Shown: piece after piece, positions 25,739-37,689 of the stretch
Layout: each line of letters begins with the position of its first letter
Position numbering within the stretch: the first letter of the stretch is position 1
Source of the DNA: Takakia lepidozioides
Lineage: Eukaryota; Plantae; Bryophyta
NCBI GenBank assembly: GCA_030704615.1
Contig: CM060731.1
Coordinates: forward strand, 84,134,001-84,198,000
Direction: 5' to 3'
Length of the DNA: 64,000 nucleotides
The notes under the pieces: generated by a model
Told to the model about the DNA's origin: nothing
What the model saw: only the letters and a program-made list of their open reading frames with translations
Databases searched by the model: none
Made by a program: the position numbers and the translations under genes

Positions 25739-27462
25739 ATGACAACAATTAAACATCATACTGAGACAAGAGAAACAGTCAAGGACACAGTCATGCATAT
25801 GGCAACAAGTAATCACCCTTCAAACATGATTGAAAACATACATGAGGTCAAAGGCAATTCGAAATCAGCGAAGGGTACTGCAGCTAAGAGTTGGAGTGTC
25901 TTTAAAGACAAAGGGAAGAGAAAGAAACACTTCACTGGCAATGAGGGGAGGCTGTGGAAACGCCAAGAGGATGGCACAAATGATAGAAATAACAGGGTTG
26001 GGCAAAGGATCCTGCAGGAAGAAGAAAGGGTATGTCAGCATGGAAAGGACGTGCAGCTCATTCCAATGGAAAGGGGAACATTCGTGCAGTTAAGTACAAC
26101 AACCAATTGCCCTTCAATTATGGCTGGAATTTTCCAAAAGGCGAGGGATAATAAGGAGGAGAATAGGCCTGATACAGTGAGTTGCTTAGGGGCAATGAAA
26201 CAACTTTCTTTTGAAGAAATCAGCAATTACACAAGCAAGGGAAGGAAACTATAGTCCTTGTATGTGAAAGGAGGGTAATACGGTGCAAGTGCAAAAGGAA
26301 GGGAGGCACAAGGAGGTCACTTACTGCTAATTGGGATATGCTAGAGATCACAAGAAGGGAACAGGGGTACCCAGTAAGCAGAAGAGCAGCTGAGCAGGTG
26401 TGGGATGATGTTCGGGCTGCAAACACAACGGCGAACCAAGCAATTGTCACTACAACTAAAGATACGAGTAAGTGGAGCAACATGATGGCAGCATGGAATA
26501 TCTGCCGAGGGATGCTGGTTGGCAAGGAGCTGCGACATATGGTGAATGAGGAGAGAGACCTGTCCCGAATCAACATGGTTCAAACACAATCTGAAAGATG
26601 TAAAGAAAAGGTGCATTTGAAGGCAGAAGGGTATTATTTTCAGACTAGTGAAGAGCCTAATTACACAAGGGAAGAACGAGAAGGCAAGCAAGGAAAAATC
26701 TCACAAGCGGAAATGCAACCCTAAACGGCGAAAGTAGAACATACACGACGAGCACTTGAGAACATACCCATGAAACGTCAAGCATGAGCACCACGTGCAG
26801 TGAAGGGAAGAATGTATGGGGGGCAGCAGTTATAACTGAACTACAAATGCGTTTGCTGCACTCAGTGACGAAAGAATACGGAGGAGCGGCAAAACTGCCA
26901 TATGTGTTTATCTATGGACATTGGACACAAAAGAAAGGATGTTGGGCGCACCTACGATTCATGGAAAACCAAAAGACAACAGGTGTCGATAGATTGCGGA
27001 GCTAGTGGAGCTCAGGACATTCTGCCTGAGTATGTGAGACTTCCTACAGACAATAAGGGAAATTTTTTCACAGTGCGTCTAATTGAAGACTGCTCTTCAG
27101 CAGTCTGCTTCAACTGCAGCCAAATGCTCCACATTAAGGTGGATTGCCCAACAGGAAAGAGAAAGCTTTCTCCAGCATCCAAGCTGCCACTGGGCAGCCA
27201 AACTAGAGGGTCAAATGGCAGGGTCTCCCTCCAGTGCAACAACAACAATCAAGTGCTCAATCCCAAGATCTCCGTTCTTCAGCCCAAACTCTTCCCCCCA
27301 GTGATCACTTGCAAGTTGCGGGCAGTAGAGTTGCCTTCCAACGCCATATCAGCAATCAGGACCCTATGCAACTCGAAGCGGCATCCACCCCTCGCAGGCA
27401 GCCACTTGGCAAAAAAGATAGCAGCAGAGCTGCTGCACAAATCAAACCCTAAACTCCATTAG
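25739..27462 (+). pseudogene. Degenerate LINE ORF1-like remnant with zinc knuckle
   Basis: LPEYVRLP..VCFNCSQMLHIKVDCP (CX2CX4HX4C) at ~27020-27150. Upstream ORFs are fragmented. Confidence 0.45.
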
Positions 27463-28096
27463 CACAAAAAGCTATGCCTTCTATGGTGGTCCACTCTCCA
27501 AAATTCTTACCAGTATTGCAAACAATCCATCTTTTGCAAAAACTTGCCTCAGGCAGGCTTCATTTCCAGGCCAGGACCTGAAAGGGTGCTCAGCCTTGGA
27601 ATCCACGGAAGCGTCATTAGCAACATGTGTCACGCCAATCATTTATAGGAAAGGAAATAGGCCTAATGTGCTCATTACCTCTGATGACTGGGAATCTAGT
27701 GCCCTCACCACATTGTCCTACCATGCCCTGTGGAGAGGAGGGGAGAGGAGAGGAGGGAAAAGAGAAAGCCCGCGGAAGGGAAGGCGAATGCGGGAGAGGA
27801 GGAGAAAGAAAAGAGAAAGCCGCGGGAGATCAGGGGAGAAAGATCGTGGAGCGAAAAAAAAACAAAAAACAAACAAAACGACGATCCCACGATTTGATCC
27901 CAGGATGCATCGCGGCGAAATCGCCATTTTTACCACTACACTATCCCTTAAAACTCAACAACCCCCTCCTGTAAAATTATATTTAAGGTGTTTTAAACCC
28001 CCCTCTGTATGTATAATGTTGTACATGGGGGGGTTTAAAATACCCCCTCCTGTGCACGCACGTGGCTGGTACATTTAATGAGGAGTGCACCCCCCG

Positions 28097-28614
28097 GGGC
28101 TGCAGTCCAGTGGCGTTTTGATGTAGTTTTTTTGAACGGTCAAAACTCATCAAACAACCTTGCGTTGACGCAAGGTTGTTTGAGAGTCCACCAAATGTCT
28201 CTTTTTGCCTTCACACCCACAGCTGCAACCCCAAGAAACAACCTTGCGTCAACGCAAGGTTGATTTGGGCTGCAGTCCAGTATCGTTTTGATGTAGTTTT
28301 TTTTAACGTTTGAAGCTCTTCAAACTACCTTGCGTTGACGCAAGGTAGTTTGAGAGTCCTGCCAATGTCTATTTTTGCCTTCAATCCCACAGTTGCAAGC
28401 CCCACAAACAACCTTGCGTCAACGCAAGGTTGATTTGGGCTGCAGTCCTCTGTCCTTCTGTATGGTTTTTTTGAACAGCTGAAGCTCATCAAACAACCTT
28501 GCGTTGACGCGAGGTAGTTTGAGAGTCCTACCAATGTCTGTTTTTTGCCTTCAATCCCACAATTGCAAGCCCCACAAACAACCTTGCGTCAACGCAAGGT
28601 TGATTTGGGCTGCA
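28097..28614. repeat. 170-bp tandem repeat x3, each unit with two palindromes AACCTTGCGT(TG/CA)ACGCAAGGTT
   Basis: Units start with GGGCTGCA at 28097, 28267 and 28437, with a further start at 28607. Palindromes near 28150, 28239, 28320, 28409, 28489 and 28579. Confidence 0.95.
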
Positions 28615-28731
28615 AACCAAGGGTCATTTTGATTTGTCGCAAGGCTGTTTTGGGCCATGCCATTGCATGTTTATCTGCCATTGTGTTCAATACCAGACTT
28701 CATGACTGATAGATCTTTCGGTTTTTTACAG

Positions 28732-31700
28732 AGGAAAATGAAAAGGAAAGAACCTGGCAGAGATGGAGCAAAGGCAGAGTATGAAGATGATGAAGAAGGC
28801 GATGACGAACATTACACAGACAGAGCTGAGGTTGTTATCGGGGGACAGAAGGTGAACTCTTGGAAGGTAATCTTGTCAATGAAAATTCCTGGTGGAGATA
28901 TCCTTATCCCACTGTGCAGAATGATATCGTGCCTGATGTCCGCCCAACATTCGAAACGACATAAGGAAACTCAATAATGATTTTGTGCATGGGTATGTGA
29001 AGGGTTCTGCGGTGTTCTATGTTTCCACAACTGACCCGAAGGGCGAAGAGTGCCCTGTATCAGAAGAGATAGAGCAAGGTTGGGATCCATGTTGGCGTGA
29101 AGTTAACAGGGAGTTTGAGGCCAAACTATCCAAGAAGGCTTCCACGAAAGTTTTCATGCGGAAGATGTTTTTTGTATGGGATGGCAATCACCGGTTGCTT
29201 GCTTGGATGGACTACATATCCGAATTGCACTCTGACGAAAAGGATTGGCACTGGAGCGTCCATTCTATGGTCCTGGATCACAAAGGATGAATCACACAAC
29301 TGCTCACTGCCATGCACGACATCAACAAGTAAGTTTTCCAAAGTTGTTGTGCATTATGTGATTGCATTGCTCTGTTTCTAGTTGTTTTCTTCTTAATTGG
29401 CAACGTGACTGTTCGATGCAGATCAAACAAAACCTCCCACGTAACAACCAACCTCTGCCACACCCTTTTCCGGGTCTAGAAGATCGGTATGATGCCACTG
29501 GAATCGTTTGCGAACGTGTTGAGTCCAAGTCAAATGAAGAGATGCAGGGAGAAGAAGCTCATCACCTGGTATAGCCTGACAAGAGAGGCATTTCTTGACT
29601 ACATGTACACGGTAAAGAAACTTAAACCGAATTGAAATTCAGACTACTTTGTTCCCTCTATTCAATGGATGTGAACTGAAGGATCCTATATTTTGGATTG
29701 TTTGCAGCAAGAGATAGCAAAGACAGGATTGAAGGCAAAGGCCGAATACTACGCCACTCACGCAGAGGAGGAGAGGTCTGTTGTGGGGGTGGCGGAGGCA
29801 ATCCGGTTTGAGATGGATAACCACAGAAAGAACCTGCTGAGTGCGTTTGACAAACAAATCCGCATTGCAGATCCCGGTCTCGGTTCGGAGTTCCTAGAGC
29901 AGGTGAAAGTGCACTACGACAAGTATGAAACTAAACCCGAAATGACTCAAGAGAACTGCATCGCTTGTCCATTTCAATGGTGGACACCGCAACCAAAATC
30001 AGGTGGTTGGAGATTTGGAACTCAGATCCTCTGGTGAAGGACACGTATGGGTTTCCAAGAACAGAGAAAGACCCCAAAACCAATGTCATAAAAGTGGTGA
30101 GCGACCACTCCTTCGACCAATGGCTTCACAAAGCTACATTCTGGAGCCAGGTGAGAGAAACTACCCATTCATTCTTGTAGTCTGCATTTTTCCATAGTTC
30201 CGTGTTGCTTGGCTCTGTAGCCTCACATTTGCCTTTGTTGGGACAGCTGGAGAAGCGTGCTATTGCAGCACTGGGAGAGTCCTTGATTGACTACAAAATC
30301 ACCATGACAACACCCATAATCTCTCCTGACAAATACATTCGGAGATGGAAAGGTGCAATATGGAACAACTGTTTCTTCAGGGAGTTCGAAAGAGAAAGGA
30401 ATCAGTACAGTAACGAGCAAGCTATGAAGCGAGTCTTGTACATGTATCATGTTTCTTCATTGCGTCTGTTCGTGGTTGCGTTTTTCTTCCATGAATCAAT
30501 CTTATGTTCTTACAAGGTTGGTTTGGGACTGCCAATGTCAGGCTATTCTGATCGTCTGCAGTTCCTTTTCCAGTTGCAATTTAACCTTGCATCAACGCAA
30601 GGTTGATTCGGGCTGATGGTTCTGCACTTCATGAACATATTCTTGTTTTTGGAATGCTACTTCTCTAGGCATGTCCCAACCTTGCGTTGACGCAAGGTTG
30701 GATACAGGTCCAGCATAATAGTATTTTTTGAGATTTCTCTGCACGTAGAAGTTCATTTTCCGTTCGTTCTCTTCTTCTCCATTGTCTCCTCGATTCAAAT
30801 TCTGCTTCTCACTATTCATTTTACAGACTCATTTCAACCTTGCGTTAACGCAAGGTTGATTGAGGCTTGATTTTATCTGCACATTTCAGTTATACTTCAA
30901 TGTTTCAGCCTTGCGTTGAAGCAAGGTTATTCATTGCTCATAATAGACCAATTTTGTGTTTTCATTGTTGGTTTTGGCAAATCGTTGGGATGGCTCAAAC
31001 AACCTTGCGTCAACGCAAGGTTGATCGAGGTATTGTGTTTTTCTAGCTTCTTTGTGTCTGATGGACAATGGCCTTCACGAAATTGTTCATTTGGGTGTGT
31101 TTTCCAGGTACATATACCATGTCTTCATTCCCGGCAAGTACCTCAGTGATGAACCAGATTTCATTTTCATGCGGGCGGACCCCACTAAGGACAAGACAAT
31201 GTACACTGCGGGAATTGCGAAAGATTGGGGCAGGGCGCACTTTAGAGACTGTGGCTGTGGACTTGCCAAAACAGGACACACCGTTCGAGGAGGTGGTCAT
31301 GCGCAACTTCAATGACAATGCAACAGCTCTTGCACCACTCAGTGACAAGGAAATTCAGGAGAGAATAATTCAATCCCTCGCAGCAAAGGAGCCGGAGAAA
31401 AGTAGCACTCCCAAACGCAAAGGGAAGGGTGCAGGTGATGGGAAGGGTAAGGGGAAGATTGTGGCTGGGCAGGAACAGGGTGTGCAGGACACCACGGAGC
31501 GTCAGCCCTCTCCAACTCGCAACGACAGGAGAACTCCGAAAACTAAAGAACAGCCTTACGAGGCCAGAGAGCACCCTTCTCGGGTTTTGGGTCAGTATGA
31601 AATTGAGGTAACGAGAGCTTCTTGGCAATGATGGAATCCAGAAAATCCACATTCAAATGAGAGAAATTGAAGACTTAGGACATCCTGGTTTCTTTCCTCA

Positions 31701-32799
31701 CAAAGGTGCCCACACAAAACTTTGTCTGGTGTGTTTTTCAATTTGTTCAAGATTGTGTATGCTCCTAACTAGTCTACTGTTTTTGTTATGTGAAACAAGT
31801 CACCAAAAGACCTGAATGGGTGAATGGAAGCCAGCAAGCGTACGCAACAGACCTGGTGGTGCTGGACATTCCAGATGGTTTGCATGTGCCGGATGTCCTC
31901 CCATCAAACACAACGCCATCATGGAACAAGTCAGATGCCCTTTTCTGGCAGTGGGTTCTTTCCTTCAGCAATAATTTTTTGTCTGATGCAGGAGCACTTC
32001 TTCTTTTGCAGGCAAAAGACATGCTTGCGCGCAGAACCCTTTTCAGTTACATGAAGGCTTCCGGATTTAAGGTCATCCAAACATGGACGTGTATCAACAC
32101 TCTTCCACTTTCCAAGGGAGAGTTCCCAGGACAGAGGGTGAGTTCAGGATGGTGGACTGCCTCTTCTTGTAATTTCATTCGGTTGAGTTCATTAAGCATG
32201 TTCAAAAACTGAATGTTTGGGGGGGGGGGGAATGCAGACTCGGGTGTTCGAGGCTTTATGCTTGGTGAGGATGCGAAAGGACACCCTCCCTCCCGGTATT
32301 GCGGAGTTCCAGTTGAGAGACCTTGCAACACACATCGACCCCACCTGCGAGCCTGTGGGGGACAATGTCCTGTACAATTACGTGGACCCTAGGCGGACCA
32401 TGAAAAGGGCGAATGGTGTCCCTTGGAGAGGTGCTTGGGAGAAATCTCCAGCATTCATGCAGACTCTGGTGGAGAATTGCAGCCGGCATGGGGGGCGGGT
32501 GGTGGACTTGTCTTTGGGAACAGGTGTGCCAGGAGTGCCAAGTCTCCTGCTCTACCGTATCTAATGATTCTTGGTTTTTTAACCATTCGTTCTGTGCATT
32601 TGCAGGTGCAACATTCCATGCCTGTAAGAGCGCCGGTAGACACTTCTTCGGCATGGAGGGGGATGCGGAGCTGTTTTCATGCAAGATTCAACAACTCACC
32701 TCCGGCTCAACATTAGCCCCACACAAAGAAACAGTTTTCGACGAGCGGGAACTTCCAGATGAAGACCTCGACGTGGACTCCGACTTTGAGTGTATGTAA
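28732..32799 (+). pseudogene. ParB/Srx-like domain fused to beta-class amino (N4C/N6A) DNA methyltransferase, cargo copy 2
   Basis: Approximate exons 28732-29328, 29422-29611, 29708-30150, 30246-30443, 31108-31607, ~31800-32137, 32238-32523 and 32606-32799. WDGNHRLLAW at 29180-29194. DLVVLDIPD (motif IV-like) at 31865-31876. After splicing: EKSPAFMQTLVENCSRHGGRVVDLSLGTGATFHACKSAGRHFFGMEGD (motifs X, I, II). Contains frameshifts and stops. Confidence 0.82.
30583..31023. repeat. Intronic array of 5 palindromes AACCTTGCGTYRACGCAAGGTT
   Basis: Copies near 30583, 30676, 30834, 30908 (imperfect) and 31000, inside intron 30444-31107. Confidence 0.92.
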
Positions 32800-33379
32800 G
32801 TCCGGTTTGTTTTGGATGACATGTCGGATTTTACATTATTCAGACCTTCATTTTGTTGCAAAGCATTTCCCTTCCGCGGTCCTGTCTTTCTGCTTACTGG
32901 TCTTGCAACTTTGGGAATCTTTGCAGGACACCAAAAACGAGGAGAAGCATCCCTTTCTTTGCTAACCCGGAATTATTCCCGAGCCCACCTGCCCCCCTGC
33001 AGTTGCCATGCTATGCGGAGGCTGCCGCTAGGGAGTTTACTCTCTGCGACTCTCCCCCTCTAGTTTGCTTCAATCGTGTAGAAAAGGTGGACAGCAGGGC
33101 TAGGATCTTTATGGACATTAGTGCGTCAGAGTCCGGTGCTACCACAAGTTCCAGTGCATAGACATTTTCCGATTGGGTCCACCTGTTGGGGAATATCTAG
33201 GGAATCAATTGTGAGGAGATTGCTTCTCTTGCTTCAACTGCGTGCCTCCTTCCCAACATTGTCTACATAAGACATTTTCTGGACATAAAATTTTTCATCT
33301 TCATTTGCAAGTCCATCATACAATCTCTGTGGGTCCACAATACTTCCAGTCTTTACACATACGCACGTAAATTGTTCAT

Positions 33380-33595
33380 GCATCCAAAACATAAGTCCAT
33401 CCATCAACTGCCCGAAATTCTACCATTCCAAATTTGTCACTCCGTCATTCATCCAGTGTTCCAGCATATATCATCCATCATTCGCCCCACACTCAGCCAT
33501 CATGAATGTAACATCCAACCAACATTCATCCACCATCCATCCAACATTTTTTATCCATCCGCCATTCATCCAATGTTCATCCAGCTTCACATCTA
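33380..33595 (+). repeat. Degenerate (CATC/CCAT)-rich simple repeat
   Basis: Dense CATCC/ATTCATCC motifs. Confidence 0.6.
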
Positions 33596-33689
33596 GGTAC
33601 GCATTACATTTTCACTCGTTCCCAAGGGAATAGGTCCCCTGGGTTATCACCGTCCGTGGTTGTGGGCCCCTACACCCTCTGGTGTGAGC

Positions 33690-33790
33690 ATCTTTCCGCT
33701 CACGGATTGGCATCTTCTCGCTCACGTATCTTCCCGCTCACGCGAGCCGCTCACGGACCAGCATCCCCCAACTTGTTTCCAATCAATGAC
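33690..33790. mobile_element. Probable cargo-side terminus of a family-A Mutator-like element
   Basis: Four CGCTCACG motifs (33698-33755), the reverse complement of the CGTGAGCG motifs at 10319 onward. Unrelated LINE sequence follows. Confidence 0.55.
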
Positions 33791-33811
33791 ATGGGGGAGG
33801 ACATCTTGGAT

Positions 33812-34451
33812 GACCTCAAGGGTCTACCCACTCTGGGCACTAGACTGAAATTTAAACTCAGGGCAGGAAGCCTACCATTGAACAACAAACAGAAGCAGAG
33901 AGGAAAGGGAGAGTGCAATTGCCCGTTGTGTGGGCAATCTGAAGACAGTACTCATTTTCTGATACACTGTCCGGGGTTCTCTCACCAAAGAGACGCTCTC
34001 TTCAAATCTATCAAGGGAATTGTGCCTGTACCTCTGTTTACCAACTTTGAAAGTCTCAAGGCTGAGCCAAAAGCCCAGGCCCTCTTGAGGCCTAGTTATT
34101 GGGCAAATCACACACAGTAGATTGATGCTTGTGTGAAGGGATTTCTAGAGGATATCTGGAAAACCCGGATTAATTCTATATATGAAGGTAAGTCTTACTA
34201 CCAACGTTAGCCCCTGACAGAGGCAGGTTCTGTCCCTTTTGTTTCCGCTCAAACTGGGCATGGGGTCAATGGCCACAAGGCTACGGCAAACAACGTCTTA
34301 TGAATACAATCTTTTTAACTTTTTCTGCACTCTCTCTCCCTTGTGGTTTGTTTATTTTTGTGAGCAGCAAAAATAAGAGGGAAGATACTTTTTGTCATGT
34401 CAAGACAAAGACAGGACCCCTAGGGTCGTTGTCATGAATAAGAAGAATAAT
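33812..34451 (+). mobile_element. LINE 3' fragment (ORF2 C-terminal CCHC region and 3' UTR)
   Basis: TRLKFKLRAGSLPL..CNCPLCGQSEDSTHFLIHCPGF, with a short GAA/TAA-rich tail at ~34436-34451. Confidence 0.7.
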
Positions 34452-35433
34452 CAGACATATCAGCCACTTAACAATGGCACCATCTATCAATCATCAAGCT
34501 TAGAAAATCCAGAATTACATCCTGCACAGTAATGTGTTCATGTCAGTATTATTCATAACCCAAAGAGTATTCCACTGATGTTGATTGACCATCACTCATG
34601 ACCATGATATACATTCAGATGTCTGGGTGGGATGGCGGGTACTTGGCCATATTTTGGCCTTGATGTGGAGCAGGTCAAATGGTCATATAGATTTACTGTC
34701 CGCAAGCTATAATCCAAGCATACTTACTCAAACCCCATGGGTGTCATGGAGGGTTTTTTTTTTTAAAAGGAAAAAGAACACTTGGATATCACAGATTTAA
34801 ATACCTTGCCCTGCCAGTATTTGTTTAAACTGGTTTGCAGCACAGCTTGCCCCCACAGGGGAGGAGGATATGTCTGGTAAGTTTTCCAGAATACCCCTAT
34901 ACCTTTATTTCTTGCTACAGCTGAAAATCAAAGTTCATGACACAGCAAGGTAAAAATAAAGGATTGCATACACATCCTATGACAGTATATGATACTGTCA
35001 GCACACCCTATTCACATCATTCCACGTTTGACCATGTCATTATACCATGTCCAGGCGGTATTTCCACTTAACCACCCTGGCTGCCTCAAAAACCAGTTAT
35101 CAATTATATTGCTGCCATATTTCAGTGTCAGCCGAATAGCCACAGGCAAAATCTTCACCATACCCTGGCCTAAGCAACTAGCTAACAAAGCTATCCGGGT
35201 TGGAACATAACAGGGGTATTTTACCATCAGGGGTACCTGAGTAGCTGCAACAAACAGTTCCTTGCAGCCTCTCCTTTTGTTTCCAACTACCATAAGGCAA
35301 GCAAAGCAAACTAGTGAGAATGCCAAAGAAAGCAGGGAAGCAAGACAAAAAGAAAAATAACATTTTTTTACTGTTTGGGGGATGGTCGCCATCTCTCCAC
35401 AAGCCCAACCGTGCAGGGAGGTCTCCGCCAACA

Positions 35434-36207
35434 CGAGGTTAGCTATTTCATGAGCATGAGCGGCATGAGCGGCATGAGCAGAGTAGTAAGACAATCGGTT
35501 TTCATGAGCAGAAGTACAAATTTCGAAAAATAAAATAAAAAAAAAACAATTAAAAAACATTAATTTAATGCAATGTGTAATGAAAAACAAATATATTATT
35601 CGGCCCCTTGAAGGGAAAATTGTAGTTTGACAGTTGTGCTCATGATATTTCGTCTTCCACTCATGCCAATTCCCAGCGACATGTGCAAATATGGCGCCGA
35701 ATTTCGCGGTAATAGGGTCCGTAACCTGAAAAAATGGCGACGTATTTTGCGGTAATAGGTCTCTCTGGCGAAAAATGGTGCCGAATTCCGCGGCTATAGG
35801 TCCCCTCATGACAGGCAAATGCGAAGTGGGCTGCTGTTCGCGAAGTGTATGGAGGCGGGGAACCCATGCCCGATCGTGAGAGAACGTGTGGTATCAGCCA
35901 TGAATCCCCGAAATTGCGGTTGCCCCTTCCCTGCTCGCAGCATCTGTTCATTGATGGATTCCCACATGATCTTCTGTGATTCTGTATCCTCACATTTCAT
36001 TTCGCAAATTGCGATCGTCATGAGCTTCCAAAAATTCGGATGGTACACGTGACAAGCCATTATACTCCATCCGTGTATCCGCTTCACGTTGTCAAACATA
36101 ATCCAGCTCCTTCCCAGCTCCCCCCCCGAACGCATCATGTCCACCAGATGGACTCCACAGCCCTTTCCAATAGTTGACATCTTGAATATGAAACATCTCT
36201 CATCCAC
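35434..36207 (-). mobile_element. Internally deleted Mutator-like element, family B: terminus plus transposase core fragment
   Basis: RCFIFKMST..WIMFDNVKRI..LMTIAICEMK..FRGFMAD at ~35890-36207 matches 61218-62660. The end CGAGGTT..ATTTCATGAGCA at 35434 matches 59045. Confidence 0.8.
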
Positions 36208-36296
36208 ACTAATAAAACCCCAAGGTATTAGAATCTTTCAAGGGGTCCGGGGTCTTGTAGCATCATGGCCTTTTTGGTATTCCGTAGCCTAGGGAC

Positions 36297-36701
36297 TGTC
36301 AAGGACGAGAACATGACTGAACACAAACAAGAGATCAGACTAGAGGTACAAGACTAGACAAGAAGTCAAGGTCGGCGTGGCCGAATGCATGATGGGTAAA
36401 CATGAATCAAGATGATCTTTATACTCCATTAGGGAAGCTTCTTAGAGAACTTCCTAGTAGCCACAAAAGAGGTATCTTGATGGAGAAGTTTCCTCCAAAG
36501 GAAGCTTCCTGAGCAGTTTCCCAAGTTACTCTCGGTAATTTGATAAACTCTTGGTAACTTGGTAACTAATGGTAACTTATGGTAAATCATGGTAGATCAT
36601 GGTAGATCATGATAAATCACGGTAAATCATGGTAATTTTCGGTAACTTGGTAACTTCTGGTATTTACTCCTGGTAAGTTCCTCTGGGGTATGTCCGTGAC
36701 A
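36297..36701 (-). repeat. 3' LTR of the chromovirus, internally deleted and rearranged
   Basis: Direct match to 41883-42065 and inverted match to 37224-37651. Preceded on the minus strand by the PPT AGAGGAGGGGGTGA. Confidence 0.88.
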
Positions 36702-37689
36702 TCACCCCCTCCTCTAGCGCCGAATTCCTCAAGGAGCGGTAAAAGCTTGGACTTGCTTAGAGTTGGAGAAAATCCAAAATCCGGCGAATGGTACTTGCCA
36801 AGTATTCGGCTCTTCGTTCTTGACTCAAATGATTTATAGGTCCATCGATAGTGTCCAACACCTTGAACTTGGGACCACGCAGTGATTTGAACATTCTGAT
36901 TTTCGAAGCTGGCATTCAAACATGATTTCGTTGCCCTCTGGATTCGAAGCCTCAACCTCCAACATGATTATCAGACTTCGAGTAGGCTCCACTTGCCGTC
37001 GTACGGGGTCCAGACGAGGAAGTACGCGTCGCATTGCTGGCCCATCGTCTCGAGAGCGTCGGCGTAATGTTGAAGGTCGTGAGAGTCGGAACGGCTAGTC
37101 TGGTAGTTGGGTAAACAACAGCTCCAATGTATTTAATTCCAGTGACTCCATGCTGCCAATACAAGATGCAAGAGTGCTGGAAGTGTAGCTATATATACTG
37201 ATGGGTGGTGCTCCTCCCTCCTTAGCTTCCTTTGGAGGAAACTTCTCCATCAAGATACCTCCTTTGTTTAAGGAAACTTCTCCATCAAGATTTTTTTTTT
37301 TAACCTTGGAAACTCTCCATCAAGAAACCTCCATTAGGGAAGTTTCTTAAGAAATTTCATAGTAGCCAGTATATATAGGAGGCGAGACTGGATACTCTTC
37401 AGTCATTCGGTCCCAGTACCCAGTTCAGCTTCCAGTACTGTGCCCAATTTCCAGTATTCGGCACTCTAGTCCAGTTTCCAGCATTCTAGTATTCAAGTTG
37501 AGTTCCAGTATCTTGTACTCTTGTTATAAAGATCATCTTGATTCCTGTTTACCCATCATGCATTCGGCCACGCCGACCTTGACTTCTTGTCTAGTCTTGT
37601 ACCTCTAGTCTGATATCTTGTTTGTGTTCAGTCATGTTCTCGCCCTTGAGAGTTTGACGAGACTAAAGTTTGTTCCTTAGTTAGTTGAG

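Noticed and set aside
27880-28096. Inverted repeat TTTTAAACCCCCC...GGGGGGTTTAAAA as a MITE or element end
   Set aside because: No partner end or TSD was found, so it cannot be classified.
28097-28614. Spaced palindromic repeats (here, 18125-18843 and 56028-56292) as CRISPR arrays
   Set aside because: Eukaryotic context and no cas genes. The spacers are long and related to each other or are simple A/T tracts, not unique 30-40 bp spacers.
28732-32799. Bacterial or phage contamination as the source of ParB-MTase
   Set aside because: The gene has multiple GT-AG introns conserved between two divergent copies and is embedded among plant TEs.
33656-33811. N-terminal part of the 154-aa ORF as LINE protein
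   Set aside because: This part is the CGCTCACG subterminal repeat region. LINE similarity starts only near 33812.
35012-35818. 268-aa minus-strand ORF
   Set aside because: It runs across a transposon terminus and a poly-T tract, has no recognisable domain, and is probably a chance open frame.
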